A stretch of 64,000 nt of DNA. Source: Chloroflexota bacterium. Its GTDB lineage: Bacteria > Chloroflexota > Limnocylindria > Limnocylindrales > CSP1-4. Each line of letters opens with the position of its first letter. Position 1 is the stretch's first letter. The notes below the pieces were generated by a model. The model ran no database searches. It was not told where the DNA came from and saw nothing but the letters and a program-made list of their open reading frames with translations. A program made the position numbers and the translations under genes. Of this stretch, positions 9,199-18,054 are shown piece after piece. The stretch spans positions 1,450 through 65,449 of the forward strand of contig JANXWH010000133.1 of NCBI GenBank assembly GCA_025351245.1, given 5' to 3'.

Positions 9199-11778
9199 TC
9201 AGCCCTTGGCGAGGTGACGCTGCATGGCGGCCTTGCGGGACAGGTTGACCCGGCCCTGGCGGTCGACTTCAGTGACGACCACCATCACCTCGTCGCCCAC
9301 CGAAACCACGTCCTCGACGGAGGGGACGTGGTAGTCGGCCAGCTCGCCGATGCGGACGAGGCCTTCCTTGCCCGGGAGGATCTCCACGAAGGCGCCGAAG
9401 GTCATGAGGCGGGTCACGGTACCCAGGTAGAGGGCGCCGATCTCGACCTCGCGGGTGAGGGACTCGATCCAGTGGATGGCCTTGCGGGCATTCTCGCCCT
9501 GCACGGCCGCGATCTCGACGGTGCCGTCATCCTCGACGTTGATCTCCGTCCCCGTCTCCTCCTGGATCTTCCGGATCATGGAGCCGCCCTTGCCGATGAT
9601 GTCGCGGATCTTCTCCGGGTTGATCTTGATCTTCGTGATGCGCGGCGCGAAGTCGCTCATCGTGTCGCGGGCGGAGGGCAGGACCTCGAGCATCTTGTCG
9701 AGGATGGTCATCCGCGCGGCGTGGGCCTTCTCGAGCCCCTGCCGGATGATCGCCTCGCTGATGCCGGTCACCTTGATGTCCATCTGGAGGGCGGTGATGC
9801 CATCCCGGGTGCCGGTGACCTTGAAGTCCATGTCCCCGAAGGCATCCTCCTTGCCGAGGATGTCGGTCAGGACGGTGAACGTCCCGTCCTTCTCCGACAT
9901 GAGGCCCATCGCCGCGCCGGCGACCGGCGCCGAGATCGGCACGCCGGCATCCATGAGCGCGAGGGTGGAGCCGCAGGTGGCCGCCATGGAGGTGGAGCCG
10001 TTGGACGTCACGCACTCCGAGACGAGGCGGATGACGTACGGGAACTCGTCCGAGCTGGGGAGCACGGGCAGGAGCGCCCGCTCCGCGAGGTGGCCGTGAC
10101 CGATCTCGCGCCGGCCGGGGCCGCGCATCATCTTGTTCTCGCCGGTGCTGTACGGCGGCATGTTGTAGTGGTGGATGAAGCGCTTCTCGGTCTCGGGGCT
10201 GATGGTGTCGATCCGCTGGACGTCCGAGGACGGGCCGAGCGTCGCGATCGTGAGGGCCTGCGTCTCACCGCGCGTGAAGAGGCCGGAGCCGTGCGCTCGC
10301 GGGAGGACACCGACCTCGACAGTGATCGTCCGGATCTCGTCGACGCCGCGCCCGTCCATGCGGATCCCCTCGGACAGGGTCAGCGTTCGAGCGGTCTTCT
10401 TGTGAACGAGCCCGAAGAGGGCCTTCGAGACGCGCGCCGTGCGGCGGGCCGCCTCCAGCTTCGCCTTCGCCTCGTCCTTCGACGTACGGTTGGTGCGGAT
10501 GGAGTCGGCGATCCCGGCCGAGAGCGTCTCGAGACGCGCCGGCAGCTCCGCGGCGATCGCCAGGAGCAGGGCGGCCGTCGCCTCGGCGTCCGGGAGGGCG
10601 CGGTGCGCCTGCTTCAGCTCGATGCCAAAGAAGCGCGAGAGCTCGCCCAGCGTGTAGCTGGGGAGGTCCGGGTAGCCGTCGCGGGCGAGCGTGAGCGTGT
10701 CGAGGTAGGTGCCCGGACGGATGCGCGTCCCGTCGGCGAGCGCCGCCTCCAGGAACGCGATGTCGAAGCCGACGGAGTGGCCCACGAGGGTCGCCTCGCC
10801 GATGAATGCGAGCGCCTGCTTGGCTGCTTCGACAGGGCTGGGCGCGCCGGCGACGTCCTTGTCCGTGATCCCGTGCATCTGGTTGCCGAAGATCGGCCGG
10901 CCCGGACTGACGAACGTGGACCAGCGGTCGACGACCTTGCCGCCCTTCACGCGAACGGCGGCCATCTCGATGAGGTCCGCCATCTCCGCGTGGGTGCCGG
11001 TCGTCTCGACGTCCAGCACGACGAACTCGGCGCCCGCCTTCGCTTTCGCGGCGAAGTCGAGGACCGAGCCGGTGCCGGCCTCCAGGAACGGGATCCGCTT
11101 CGTCTTGCCGACGGCCTCCTGGAGCTGGAGCTGGAGATCGATGAGCGGCTGGAGCGCACGGTGGCCGAACAGGATCGCCTCGGCCATCACGGACTCGGGG
11201 AGGATCTTCGCGCCGGCCTCCACCATCATGATCGCCTCGCGGGTGCCCGACACGATGAGGTCGAGATCGGACTCGGCGAGCTGCGGCATGGTGGGGTTGA
11301 TCACGAGCTCGCCGTCGATCCGGCCGATTCGGACTGCGCCGATGGGGCCGAGGAACGGGATCTCGCTGATCGTCAGCGCGGCGGACGCGGCGACGGTGCC
11401 GAGGACGTCCGGGTTGTTCTCCTGGTCCGTGGAGAGGACGGTGAGGACGACCTGCACGTCGTCCTTGTAGCCCTCCGGGAAGAGCGGCCGGATCGGCCGG
11501 TCCGTCAGGCGGGCGGCGAGGATCGCGGCCTCAGAGGGGCGCGATTCGCGCTTGATGAAGCCGCCGGGAATCTTGCCGGCCGCGTACATCCGCTCCTCGA
11601 AATCCACCGTGAGCGGGAAGAAGTCCAGGCCCGGGCGCGGCTCGGATCGGTTGGCGGTGCCGAGCACCACGGTGTCACCGTACGTGATGGTGACGGACCC
11701 GCCGGCAAGGCGGGCGAGCTTGCCTGTCTCGATGGTCAGGGGGCGTCCGCCGAATTCGACGGAAAAGGTGAGGGACAC
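9199..11778 (-). CDS. pnp: Polynucleotide phosphorylase (PNPase) with an inserted DEDDh (DnaQ-like) exonuclease domain
   Basis: Carries both RNase PH-like domains (...HGSGLFTRGETQAL...; ...GSTSMAATCGSTLALMDAGVPI...), plus KH and S1 domains. It is 859 aa instead of about 700. The extra roughly 165 aa (residues about 250-415) contain exo motifs DVETTG, HSVGFDIAFL and HRALPDAEATAALL. The GTG start at 11778 has the SD AAAGGAA. Confidence 0.95.
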   Translation of the reverse strand: MSLTFSVEFGGRPLTIETGKLARLAGGSVTITYGDTVVLGTANRSEPRPGLDFFPLTVDFEERMYAAGKIPGGFIKRESRPSEAAILAARLTDRPIRPLFPEGYKDDVQVVLTVLSTDQENNPDVLGTVAASAALTISEIPFLGPIGAVRIGRIDGELVINPTMPQLAESDLDLIVSGTREAIMMVEAGAKILPESVMAEAILFGHRALQPLIDLQLQLQEAVGKTKRIPFLEAGTGSVLDFAAKAKAGAEFVVLDVETTGTHAEMADLIEMAAVRVKGGKVVDRWSTFVSPGRPIFGNQMHGITDKDVAGAPSPVEAAKQALAFIGEATLVGHSVGFDIAFLEAALADGTRIRPGTYLDTLTLARDGYPDLPSYTLGELSRFFGIELKQAHRALPDAEATAALLLAIAAELPARLETLSAGIADSIRTNRTSKDEAKAKLEAARRTARVSKALFGLVHKKTARTLTLSEGIRMDGRGVDEIRTITVEVGVLPRAHGSGLFTRGETQALTIATLGPSSDVQRIDTISPETEKRFIHHYNMPPYSTGENKMMRGPGRREIGHGHLAERALLPVLPSSDEFPYVIRLVSECVTSNGSTSMAATCGSTLALMDAGVPISAPVAGAAMGLMSEKDGTFTVLTDILGKEDAFGDMDFKVTGTRDGITALQMDIKVTGISEAIIRQGLEKAHAARMTILDKMLEVLPSARDTMSDFAPRITKIKINPEKIRDIIGKGGSMIRKIQEETGTEINVEDDGTVEIAAVQGENARKAIHWIESLTREVEIGALYLGTVTRLMTFGAFVEILPGKEGLVRIGELADYHVPSVEDVVSVGDEVMVVVTEVDRQGRVNLSRKAAMQRHLAKG

Positions 11779-11837
11779 GAGCGTTCCTTTCTCGCTCGCA
11801 TCGGGGATGGACCGCTGCCGGCGTTCGCGCCGACCTC

Positions 11838-11869
11838 CAAATGCGCGAAACCCGGGGTGCTCCCCCGGG
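11838..11869 (-). terminator. Intrinsic terminator-like hairpin plus U-rich tract between rpsO and pnp
   Basis: Minus strand reads CCCGGGGGAGCACCCCGGG followed by UUUCGCGCAUUUGG, starting 13 nt after the rpsO stop. This is the classic rpsO terminator and RNase III-site position. Confidence 0.6.
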
Positions 11870-11882
11870 CCTCAGCGCGTGC

Positions 11883-12152
11883 TCAGCGGCGCAGGCCGAG
11901 CCGTGCGATGACGGCGCGGTAGCGCGAGGCGTCCTTCTTCACGAGATACGCGAGAAGGCGCCGGCGGTGGCCGACCAGCTTGAGGAGGCCGCGGCGGGAA
12001 TGATTGTCCTTGGGGAACAGCTTGAGATGCCCCGTCAGGTCCTTGACCCGCTCCGTCAGGAGCGCGATCTGGACCTCGGCGGAGCCGGTGTCGCCTTCTT
12101 TCATTGCGTATTCAGCGACGATCCGGTCCTTGGTTTCCCGCACGAGCGGCAC
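11883..12152 (-). CDS. rpsO: 30S ribosomal protein S15
   Basis: ...[57 protein letters not shown]...ARLGLRR. The start is taken at the GTG 4 nt after the SD GGAGGA (VPLVRETK...). The track ORF 11883..12194 begins in the AT-richer leader. Confidence 0.9.
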   Translation of the reverse strand: MPLVRETKDRIVAEYAMKEGDTGSAEVQIALLTERVKDLTGHLKLFPKDNHSRRGLLKLVGHRRRLLAYLVKKDASRYRAVIARLGLRR

Positions 12153-12188
12153 TCGGTCCTCCGACACGAAAACTTGTACTAACCGTTC

Positions 12189-12273
12189 TTGCAAACGTGC
12201 CGAGAGTAGCAGGGGCCGGCGGTTCCTGCAAACGCACCGTCACGTCCTGCAAACACGCCGAGCCGGGCCGGGC
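12189..12273 (-). repeat. Three direct repeats of GYRYGTTTGCARG in the ribF-rpsO intergenic/leader region
   Basis: Minus strand reads ...GCGTGTTTGCAGG(8 nt)GTGCGTTTGCAGG(24 nt)GCACGTTTGCAAG, followed by the SD and rpsO start. Centre-to-centre spacing is 21 nt then 37 nt. The middle copy plus TACTCT 18 nt downstream resembles a -35/-10 pair. Confidence 0.7.
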
Positions 12274-12283
12274 CCATGGGCCG

Positions 12284-13162
12284 TCATCGCGGGCCAACGA
12301 AGGCGACCCGGAGGCGGCCTCCCGCCAGCGTCCCCGGCCGAGCGCGGACGCGGAGCGTGCCATCCCGGGCGACCCGGACGACGGCCTCATGCGCGCGCGC
12401 GGGCGAGCTTCCGGGCGCGATCGCCGGCTCCACGGTCGCTGCGTACGGGCCGGCCGGCGGAAGCGCGACCGGGACCCCGAAGCGCAGCGCCGCCTCCCGG
12501 CCGCCGCTCGACCGATCGACGATCTCCCCGGTGACCGCGACCCGCCGTCCCAGGAGCGCCCGGGCCGTGGCGAGGTCCCCGGCCACGATCGCGGTGCGGA
12601 TCTCCGTGCTGCGCACCTGCCGGCCGCCGAGGTCGAACGGCGGAACGACCACGACCGCGAAGCCGTCCCGGGCACCCAGAGCGGCGAGCGCGGCGGGCGT
12701 CCCGCGTCGTTCGTGGCCGAACGCGGCATCCGGCGTCATCAGGAACCCCGCGAGGCCCGTCCGCGCCCGAATCGACTCGACGAACGCGTCGTACGGCGTC
12801 CGGCGAAGCGCCGCGTCGAAGTGCTGGACGATTGTCACCGCCACGCCCGCGTGTCCCAACCGGACGAGGCGCTCATCGGGGTCGCACAGGAGGGGCGGCG
12901 CGGCGCCCGCGACGATCTCGTCGGGATGGTGATCGAACGTCAGGACTGCCGGCACCGCGCCCAGGCGGCGCGCGGCCCGACGGAGCTCTCGGAGCAGGTA
13001 TCCGTGCCCCCGGTGGAGGCCGTCGAAGACGCCCACGACGACCAGGAGCGGCCCATGGTGGGGACGAAGCGCGGAGAGGCCGTGCAGCGCGGCCGGTGGT
13101 CCGGAGACGCCGCGGGCCGGGGCCGGGGCCGGGGCCGGGGAAATGTGGTCCCGCTCAGCCAC
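12284..13162 (-). CDS. ribF: Bifunctional riboflavin kinase / FAD synthetase
   Basis: LLVVVGVFDGLHRGHGYLLRE (the nucleotidyltransferase motif) and a C-terminal flavokinase-like region. The start is uncertain. There is no in-frame ATG near the motif. The GTG at 13162 overlaps the truB stop. The track ATG at 13249 gives a junk N-terminus. Confidence 0.7.
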   Translation of the reverse strand: MAERDHISPAPAPAPARGVSGPPAALHGLSALRPHHGPLLVVVGVFDGLHRGHGYLLRELRRAARRLGAVPAVLTFDHHPDEIVAGAAPPLLCDPDERLVRLGHAGVAVTIVQHFDAALRRTPYDAFVESIRARTGLAGFLMTPDAAFGHERRGTPAALAALGARDGFAVVVVPPFDLGGRQVRSTEIRTAIVAGDLATARALLGRRVAVTGEIVDRSSGGREAALRFGVPVALPPAGPYAATVEPAIAPGSSPARAHEAVVRVARDGTLRVRARPGTLAGGRLRVAFVGPR

Positions 13163-14189
13163 TCGGCGGGGTGCCGTCGCGCGGGACCAGGACCTTGTCG
13201 GGCACCAGGCGCCCACCGGCCCGCCGAGCGATCGCGGCCAGCGACCCATCTTCCGACAGGAGCCGTACCCGGTTCACGGCCGGCGAGTCCGCGGCGGGCC
13301 CAACGTCGGCCGGGGCTGAGGAAACCGCCGGAAGGCGGCCGCCCTCGCCGATCCAGCCGCCGTGCGCGACCACGACGAGCTCGTCCGGGCGGAGCGTCAC
13401 GGCGGGGAGATCGTCGAGACCCGTCCCGACCGGTCGGAGCAGGCCGGCGAACCGCCCGTTCGCCGCCGCCTCCCGCGCAACGTCGAGGCTGATGGCGTCG
13501 GCGAGCGTGAACGGTCCCGCCGCGGTGCGGCGGAGCGCCCCGAGATAGGCCGCGCTGCCGACGGCCGCCCCGAGATCGCGCGCGAGCGCCCGGACGTAGG
13601 TCCCGGCGGAGCAGGCCACGTCGATCACCGCGAGCGGGTGGTCGCGGTCGGTTTCGTCCCAGCGCTCCAGCGCCAGCGCATGGAACGTGGTCTCGCGTGC
13701 GGGCAGCTCGGGCGCGTGGCCGGCCCGGGCCAGGGCGTAGGCTCGCCGCCCGCCGATCTTGCGTGCGGAGAAGGCCGGCGGCAGCTGGAGGTGCGTCCCG
13801 AGGAAGCCGGCCAGGGCGGCCTCGACCGCTGCCTGGGTCGGGGCCGGCGGGTTGCTCGGCGTCAGCTCGCCCTCCAGGTCGTCGGTGGTCGACGAGGCAC
13901 CGAAGCAGACCGTCGCCCGGTACGCCTTGCGCGCACCCAGGTGGAACTCGACCACGCGCGTCCCGAGGCCAAGGTAGAGCGGGAGCACACCCGACGCGAA
14001 CGGATCCAGCGTCCCGCCGTGGCCGATCCGCTTCGTGCCGGCAAGGCGCCGGACGAGCGCGACGACATCGTGCGAGGTTGGCCCAACCGGCTTGTCCACC
14101 ACGAGGATGCCGTTGAGTCCCGCGTCGACGCGCCGCGAGCGGCGTTCACCCACGCCGTCGGCCGCGGCGACCTGGCGCTCGTCGGTCAC
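13155..14189 (-). CDS. truB: tRNA pseudouridine(55) synthase
   Basis: GILVVDKPVGPTSHDVVALVRRLAGTKRIGHGGTLDPFASGVLPLYLG. The GTG at 14189 overlaps the nrnA stop as GTGA. The 541-aa track ORF is an over-extension. Confidence 0.85.
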   Translation of the reverse strand: MTDERQVAAADGVGERRSRRVDAGLNGILVVDKPVGPTSHDVVALVRRLAGTKRIGHGGTLDPFASGVLPLYLGLGTRVVEFHLGARKAYRATVCFGASSTTDDLEGELTPSNPPAPTQAAVEAALAGFLGTHLQLPPAFSARKIGGRRAYALARAGHAPELPARETTFHALALERWDETDRDHPLAVIDVACSAGTYVRALARDLGAAVGSAAYLGALRRTAAGPFTLADAISLDVAREAAANGRFAGLLRPVGTGLDDLPAVTLRPDELVVVAHGGWIGEGGRLPAVSSAPADVGPAADSPAVNRVRLLSEDGSLAAIARRAGGRLVPDKVLVPRDGTPPSG

Positions 14190-15205
14190 CGGACCACCGC
14201 CCGGGCGAACCGGATGGCCTCCGGGATGACGGCCGCAACTGCCTCGGCCAGCGGGAGGGCGAGCGAGGCGCCCGCGGCCCGGGGGTGCCCACCGCCGCCC
14301 CAGGTCCCGCAAAGGGCCGTGGCGTCCACGCCGCCGGGCACCGTGCGAACCGAGAGCCGGGTCGCGTCCTCCTTTTCCTTGAGCAGGAGGGCGACCTCGG
14401 CGGTCTCCGACTGGGCGAGGAGGTCGATGATCCCCTCGGAGTGCTCCGAGCGCGCCCCCGTCGCCACGAGGTCCGCGAGCTCCATCGTCGAGGCGATCAC
14501 GAGGCCGTCGGCGTGGGACTGCAGCCGCCCGAGGACTCGCCCGAAGAGCGCCAGCTGCGCATCCGGCTTCGTGCGGTAGAGGCGCCGGCTGATCTCGGAG
14601 AGCGGCGCGCCCGCCTCCACGAGCGCGGCCGCCACCTGGAGCGTCCGGGGCGTCGCGTTCGGGTGGGCGAAGGTGGCGGTGTCCATCACGATCCCCGCTG
14701 TCAGCGCCGCGGCCAGCCTTCCCTCCCCCGCCGTCAGGGGCACGCCGAGCCGCGTGGCGAGGAGCGCCACCATCTCGCATGTCGCCGCGGCCCCCGGGTC
14801 GATCCAGGCGAGGTCCCCGGACCCGTCATTGCTGGCGTGATGGTCGATGGTGAGGAGCGGCGTCGTGGCGAAGAGCGCGGCGTTGCGGTCGCGGATCGCG
14901 CCCACCCGGGAGAGGTCGCCACAGTCGCACAGGACAACAAGGTCGTAGGCCACGTCCGGCTCGGGGTCGGTCCGGACGGTGTCGCTGCCGTCGAGGAAGC
15001 GGTATAGATCCGGCACGGCGTCCGCGGCGGCCACGGTGGCCCGCGCGCCGAGGGCTTCGGCGAGCATGCCGATCGCGAGAGCCGCCCCCAGCGCGTCCGC
15101 GTCCGGGCTCTCGTGGCCGATGGCCAGCACCCGCCGCGCCCCGCGCAGGCGCTCCACCACGGCGTCGGGAACCACCGCGGCCAGCGGTCGCAGGTCGATG
15201 GGCAT
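14186..15205 (-). CDS. nrnA: DHH/DHHA1 phosphoesterase (NrnA-like oligoribonuclease / pAp phosphatase)
   Basis: RVLAIGHESPDADALGAALAIGMLAEALGA...LTIDHHASNDG...GGGHPRAAGASL, i.e. DHH plus DHHA1 motifs. It sits in the actinobacterial rbfA-nrnA-truB position. Confidence 0.8.
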   Translation of the reverse strand: MPIDLRPLAAVVPDAVVERLRGARRVLAIGHESPDADALGAALAIGMLAEALGARATVAAADAVPDLYRFLDGSDTVRTDPEPDVAYDLVVLCDCGDLSRVGAIRDRNAALFATTPLLTIDHHASNDGSGDLAWIDPGAAATCEMVALLATRLGVPLTAGEGRLAAALTAGIVMDTATFAHPNATPRTLQVAAALVEAGAPLSEISRRLYRTKPDAQLALFGRVLGRLQSHADGLVIASTMELADLVATGARSEHSEGIIDLLAQSETAEVALLLKEKEDATRLSVRTVPGGVDATALCGTWGGGGHPRAAGASLALPLAEAVAAVIPEAIRFARAVVR

Positions 15206-15820
15206 CTAGCCGGTCCGGCGAGGTCGTCTGGCGGGCGACGGCGGCCGCCTGCCAGACGTGGGGAGGTTCCGGGGTCCGCCTTCCTTCCGGCGGCGACGCG
15301 CGAATGGGACGCCGGCGCGCTCACCGACCTGGCCGGGCGCGTGGGTCTCCCCGGGGCCCGGATCGGCCCCCGGCTCTTGCTCGGGCTCCGGCGTGTCACC
15401 CTCCCGTGGCAGGCGCGCGACGGGCGTCGGGAGCGACTCCTTCACGGGTGCGTCCGCGAGCGATGCCGCCCGGGGCGCGTCGCCGTGCTCCAGCTCTTCG
15501 AGGATCTGGAGGAGGCGGGTGCCGCGCTCCATCGAGGCGTCGAGCTCAACGTGGAGCGCGGGGATCCGTCGGAGGCGGAGCCGGACGCCCAGCTCGCGCC
15601 GGACGAACCCCATGGCCCGATCCAGGGCCGCCAGCGCCTCGCGCCGCTCGGCGGCGTCGCCGATGACGCTGACCCAGACCTTGGCGTGCGAAAGGTCGGA
15701 CGTCGTCTCGACGTCCGTCACCGTCGCGAACCCGATCCGGGGATCGGCGACCTCCCTGGCCAGGATCGCGCCGATCTCCTGGCGAAGAAGCTCGTCGACC
15801 CGGTCCGTGCGTTGGCTCAT
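15206..15820 (-). CDS. rbfA: Ribosome-binding factor A with a roughly 85-aa Pro/Gly/Glu-rich C-terminal extension
   Basis: MSQRTDRVDELLRQEIGAILAREVADPRIGFATVTDVETTSDLSHAKVWVSVIG... forms the KH-like RbfA core, followed by a long disordered tail. Confidence 0.85.
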   Translation of the reverse strand: MSQRTDRVDELLRQEIGAILAREVADPRIGFATVTDVETTSDLSHAKVWVSVIGDAAERREALAALDRAMGFVRRELGVRLRLRRIPALHVELDASMERGTRLLQILEELEHGDAPRAASLADAPVKESLPTPVARLPREGDTPEPEQEPGADPGPGETHAPGQVGERAGVPFARRRRKEGGPRNLPTSGRRPPSPARRPRRTG

Positions 15821-15829
15821 GGCCGGCCG

Positions 15830-17728
15830 CTACCGAAGGCTCGAGCGGCTCACCGACTGCTGGGTGAACGCCTCGATGATGTCGCCCTCCGCGAGATCGT
15901 GGAACCCGGCCAGGCCGATGCCGCACTCGTAGCCCTGGGCGACGTCGCGAACGTCGTCACGGAAGCGCCGCAGCGAGTCCAGCTTGTCCGTGGCGATCAG
16001 CTTGGCGTTGCGGTAGACCCGGACGCCGGCGGTCCGCGGGATGTGGCCGTCCGTCACGAACGAGCCCGCGATGACCGTGCTCTTGCCCACCCGGAAGATC
16101 TGGCGGACCTCCGCGCGACCCTCCACCTGCTCCACGATCTCCGGCTCGAGCATTCCCTTGAGGGCGGCCTCGATGTCGTCGGTGAGCTTGTAGATGATGT
16201 CGTAGAGGCGGACGTCGACCTTTTCGGCCTCCGCCGTCCGGCGGGCCTGCGGGTCCAGCTTCGTGTTGAAGCCCACGACGATGGCGTTGGACGCCGAGGC
16301 GAGCAGGATGTCGTTGTCGGTGATGTCGCCGGTTCCCTCGTGGAGGACGCTGATGCGGACCTCGTCGGAGATGATCTGCCCCAGCGCGTGCGTGATCGCC
16401 CCCAGCGAGCCGGAGACGTCCGCCTTCAGGATGATCCGGAGCTCCTTGGACTGGCCCTCCTGGAACTGGTTGAAGAGGTCCTCGAGGGTCGCCTTCTGAC
16501 TGGTCCCCGTCTGTGCGGCGGCCGCATTGCGGGTCTGCTCAACCATGGCCCGGGCGGTCTTCTCGTCCGCGACGACGCGCAGGATGTCGCCGGCCTGGGG
16601 CACCTCGTCGAGCCCGAGAACGAGCGCCGCGGACGATGGGCCGGCCGTCAGGATCCGCATGCCGGCCGCGTTCTCCAGCGCCTTGACCTTGCCGTAGGTC
16701 TTGCCGACCACGACGATGTTGCCGATCCGGAGCGTACCCGTCTGGACGACGACGGTGGCCACGGGGCCACGGCCCCTGTCCAGCTCGGCCTCGATGATCG
16801 TCCCGATCGCCTCGCGCTTCGGGTTCGCCTTGAGCTCCTGGAGGTCGGCGACCAGGTTCACCATGTCGAACAGGTCGTCGAGGCCCTGGCCCGTCTTTGC
16901 CGAGACCGGCACGAGCGGGACGTCGCCGCCGTACTCCTCGATGACGACGTTCGCCTCGGTGAGCTCGGTCTTGACGCGATCCAGGTTCGCGTCCGGCTTG
17001 TCGATCTTGTTGAGGGCAATGATGATCGGCACCTTGGCCGCCCGGGCGTGGCTGATCGCCTCGAGCGTCTGGGGCATGACGCCGTCGTCCGCCGCAACCA
17101 CGATGATCGCGATGTCCGTGACCTTGGCGCCGCGGGCGCGCATGGCCGTGAATGCCTCGTGACCGGGCGTGTCCAGGAAAACGACCTTCTTGTTGTCCTT
17201 GACGATCTCCGACGCGCCGATGTGCTGGGTGATCCCGCCGCGCTCCCCGGCCGCCACGGCGGTGCTCCGGATCGCGTCGAGCAGGCTCGTCTTGCCGTGG
17301 TCCACGTGGCCCATCACGGTGACGCTCGGCGCCCGGGGCTGCAGGAGCGACGGGTCATCGTCGACGAAGAGCGTCTCCTTGGTCGCGGGGGCCGGCGCCT
17401 CCGTGCGCTGGTCCTCGGCCGTCGTGGCCGGCGCCTCCGCCTCCGCCGTCTCGAATCCCAGCTCCGTCGCGACGAGTGATGCGGTATCGCGGTCGATCAG
17501 CTGGTTGATAGTGGCGAAGATCCCGCTCTTGATGAGCTCCCGGATCACGTCCGCGGGGTTGACCGCCAGGACCTCCGAGAGCTCCTTGACCGTGATCGTG
17601 GGCGGCAGCACGACGGCGCTGCGATCTCGCGGCTCGGCGACCGAGACCGGCGTGAAGCCGGCACCCTCGCGTCGCTGCGGCTTGCGGGGCCCGCGGCGCC
17701 CGCGGGTTCCGCTCCTGCTCCTGGCCAT
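15830..17728 (-). CDS. infB: Translation initiation factor IF-2
   Basis: G-domain motifs [36 protein letters not shown] and NKIDKP, plus the C-terminal beta-barrel domains. The N-region is short (632 aa). Confidence 0.95.
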   Translation of the reverse strand: MARSRSGTRGRRGPRKPQRREGAGFTPVSVAEPRDRSAVVLPPTITVKELSEVLAVNPADVIRELIKSGIFATINQLIDRDTASLVATELGFETAEAEAPATTAEDQRTEAPAPATKETLFVDDDPSLLQPRAPSVTVMGHVDHGKTSLLDAIRSTAVAAGERGGITQHIGASEIVKDNKKVVFLDTPGHEAFTAMRARGAKVTDIAIIVVAADDGVMPQTLEAISHARAAKVPIIIALNKIDKPDANLDRVKTELTEANVVIEEYGGDVPLVPVSAKTGQGLDDLFDMVNLVADLQELKANPKREAIGTIIEAELDRGRGPVATVVVQTGTLRIGNIVVVGKTYGKVKALENAAGMRILTAGPSSAALVLGLDEVPQAGDILRVVADEKTARAMVEQTRNAAAAQTGTSQKATLEDLFNQFQEGQSKELRIILKADVSGSLGAITHALGQIISDEVRISVLHEGTGDITDNDILLASASNAIVVGFNTKLDPQARRTAEAEKVDVRLYDIIYKLTDDIEAALKGMLEPEIVEQVEGRAEVRQIFRVGKSTVIAGSFVTDGHIPRTAGVRVYRNAKLIATDKLDSLRRFRDDVRDVAQGYECGIGLAGFHDLAEGDIIEAFTQQSVSRSSLR

Positions 17729-17959
17729 TCAGGCCCCTCCTTCTTGGTCGTCCTGGTTCTGCATCAAGGCGGCGGCAGCGCCGACGACCCGCGGCGGGTC
17801 GAACAGCCCAGCCGGGATCGGGACCGCGAGCGCGCGTCGCAGGGCGCCCTTCGTCATCGCGGCTTCGTGGCAGGCCTGGTCGGCGCACACGTAGGCGCCG
17901 CGCCCGGGTGCCCGCCCCGTGGCGTCCAGGACGATCGCGCCGTCCGGCGTCCGAACCAC
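17729..17959 (-). CDS. ylxR: YlxR/DUF448 family RNA-binding protein (nusA-infB operon); N-terminus probably longer
   Basis: [26 protein letters not shown] is the YlxR hallmark. The conserved PTRTCVACR...ELLRVV motif is in frame upstream of the annotated GTG (17990..18016) with no intervening stop, so the true start likely lies near 18034 (CTG) or uses another rare start. Confidence 0.7.
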   Translation of the reverse strand: MVRTPDGAIVLDATGRAPGRGAYVCADQACHEAAMTKGALRRALAVPIPAGLFDPPRVVGAAAALMQNQDDQEGGA

Positions 17960-18054
17960 CCGCAGCAGCTCGCGCTTCTCGCGAGGCGTCCGGCAGGCGA
18001 CGCAGGTCCGGGTCGGATGCTGCCGCGGGGGCAGCCCGCCGGCTTCGCGCCGCG

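Noticed and set aside
13155-14780. Long N-terminal extensions in the ORF track for truB (541 aa), dxr (468 aa), plsX (535 aa), rlmN (517 aa), rpe (548 aa), gmk (324 aa), rluD (457 aa), coaD (285 aa), rimM (352 aa), nusA (534 aa) and ispG (570 aa)
   Set aside because: In each case the conserved domain begins at an internal ATG or GTG with a good SD and/or a 4-nt overlap with the upstream gene's stop. The upstream portion is low-complexity Arg/Pro/Gly sequence and overlaps the preceding gene. I trimmed the starts accordingly.
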